Shown here one piece after another: positions 62,984 through 64,000 of a stretch of DNA of 64,000 nucleotides. The stretch's first letter is position 1, and each line of letters begins with the position of its first letter. The translations under genes were made by a program, and so were the position numbers. A model generated the notes under the pieces. It ran no database searches, was not told where the DNA came from, and worked only from the letters and a program-made list of their open reading frames with translations. Origin of the DNA: a bacterium (lineage in GTDB: Bacteria; UBA8248). The stretch lies in the NCBI GenBank assembly GCA_963692865.2, contig OY843592.1, positions 192,001 through 256,000 of the forward strand, given 5' to 3'.

Positions 62984-63463
62984 TCAGCGGCCCTCTTGAT
63001 TTCTCTTGAGCGGGATGACATCCGCGGGTTTTTGCGAATCCTCCCGGCGGCGTCCCCGCCAGGAGGAAGGCCAAACATACCGTACGCGCCACAGGGTTCT
63101 GGCCGCTCCTCCCACCGCCCAAGCGAGCGTGCTGCCCGCGTCCCGCGTTCTTTTTCCCAGCGAGCGAAACGCTTTCTTGCCGCCTTCTTCTCCGATCGAG
63201 ACGAGGCGCGAGGTCGCCTCCTTCGCCGCGCCGATGGGCCGGAGGGCTTGCGCGATCGCCTGGCGCAAAACCCACTTCATCATCAGGCAAAACACGATGG
63301 ACAGAGCGAAAAAGACGCCCAGCACCTTGAGTCCCCGGGCGGGCTCATCCACAATCATCACGCTCATCTGGGCAATGCCGTAAAACGCCAGGGCCATGAT
63401 GCCCAGACAGACGGCCACGGCCCCTCCCGAACGCACTATCAACCGCAAAATGCCAAACATCAT
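62984..63463 (-). CDS. Hypothetical membrane protein
   Basis: Two TM segments then a basic tail; GGAG RBS. Confidence 0.55.
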   Translation of the reverse strand: MMFGILRLIVRSGGAVAVCLGIMALAFYGIAQMSVMIVDEPARGLKVLGVFFALSIVFCLMMKWVLRQAIAQALRPIGAAKEATSRLVSIGEEGGKKAFRSLGKRTRDAGSTLAWAVGGAARTLWRVRYVWPSSWRGRRREDSQKPADVIPLKRNQEGR

Positions 63464-63639
63464 CGTCTCCGAAAGTCCACCGGCGCGTGAAATGCTCCTG
63501 GTTCATCGAGAATACCGCAATTGCGAAACCAAAATCCAGCGCGGGCGTTTCAACTCCCAGGAGATGTTTCCGTTGACGCGCGCAACCTCTCGTTTTATGT
63601 TCACTACCCCGTAAGGAAACATCATGGAGGAGCGGCAAA

Positions 63640-64000
63640 TTGTTCGACATTCGCCTCATCAGAAACGACCCCGAAGCGGTGGCGCGCGCGCTCGCGCGAA
63701 GGGGCGGCGACTGGAACCTCTCAGGCTTACTGGAAATCGACGCCCGGAGGCGGGATTTGACCCACCGGGTCGAAAGCCGGGTGGCTGACGTGAGAAGGCG
63801 CAGCAAGAAAATCGGTGAACTCAAGCGCAACAAGGCGTCCGATGAGGAGGTGCAGGCGTTTCTGGCCGAAAACCAGCGCTTGACGGCCGAGGCCAAATCC
63901 ATGGAGGGTGAACTCGGAGAACTCGAACAACGACAAAACGATTTCCTCCTGGAACTACCCAACACGCCGCATGAGACCACCCCTGACGGCCAAAGCGCGG
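63640..64000 (+). CDS. serS: Seryl-tRNA synthetase, 5' part
   Basis: TTG start after GGAGG; (M)FDIRLIRNDPEAV..RRG...coiled coil...LPNTPHETTPDG. Confidence 0.9.
   Translation, partial: MFDIRLIRNDPEAVARALARRGGDWNLSGLLEIDARRRDLTHRVESRVADVRRRSKKIGELKRNKASDEEVQAFLAENQRLTAEAKSMEGELGELEQRQNDFLLELPNTPHETTPDGQSA

Overview
Bacterial genomic window with three parts. (1) 1-12.3 kb, minus strand: a proteusin/NHLP-type RiPP-like cluster. It has a flavin-dependent tryptophan-halogenase-family gene, a shortened NHLP HlyD, the two NHLP ABC exporters (one with a C39 peptidase), a protein fusing an NHLP leader to a class II terpene-cyclase-like beta domain, and an AlkB-type di-iron membrane oxygenase fused to a degenerate GlnE-like domain. 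That last gene is missing from the ORF track and runs off the left edge. Nested MITE/REP repeats fill the intergenic spaces. (2) About 12.7-48.6 kb: a probable integrative mobilizable element. It carries tandem tyrosine integrases, a MOBF relaxase-helicase, leading-region-like genes (ssb, DUF4326, DUF2493, a Zn-finger repeat protein) and an AT-rich defence island (PD-(D/E)XK nucleases, DUF3800, a BstYI-like R-M pair, an integron attC cassette, a truncated TIR domain, IS256 debris). It also carries a surface-protein module: two lipoprotein proteases, a hybrid kinase, and an autotransporter adhesin with a (CCGAACT)20 tract that appears phase-OFF. (3) 48.8-64 kb: core metabolism (cyclase/amidase, Fe-ADH, yqeC, M20 peptidase, CoA transferase, thiL, thiE, DUF1499, XDH Mo subunit, multiheme cytochrome pseudogene, GNAT, start of serS). 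This part includes an AhpD-like gene whose CxxC is encoded TGA-TAC-GGC-TGA, a candidate UxxU double-selenocysteine protein with a downstream SECIS-like hairpin. The gene content resembles marine sponge-symbiont genomes, but that is inference. All family assignments are by motif recognition; no searches were run.
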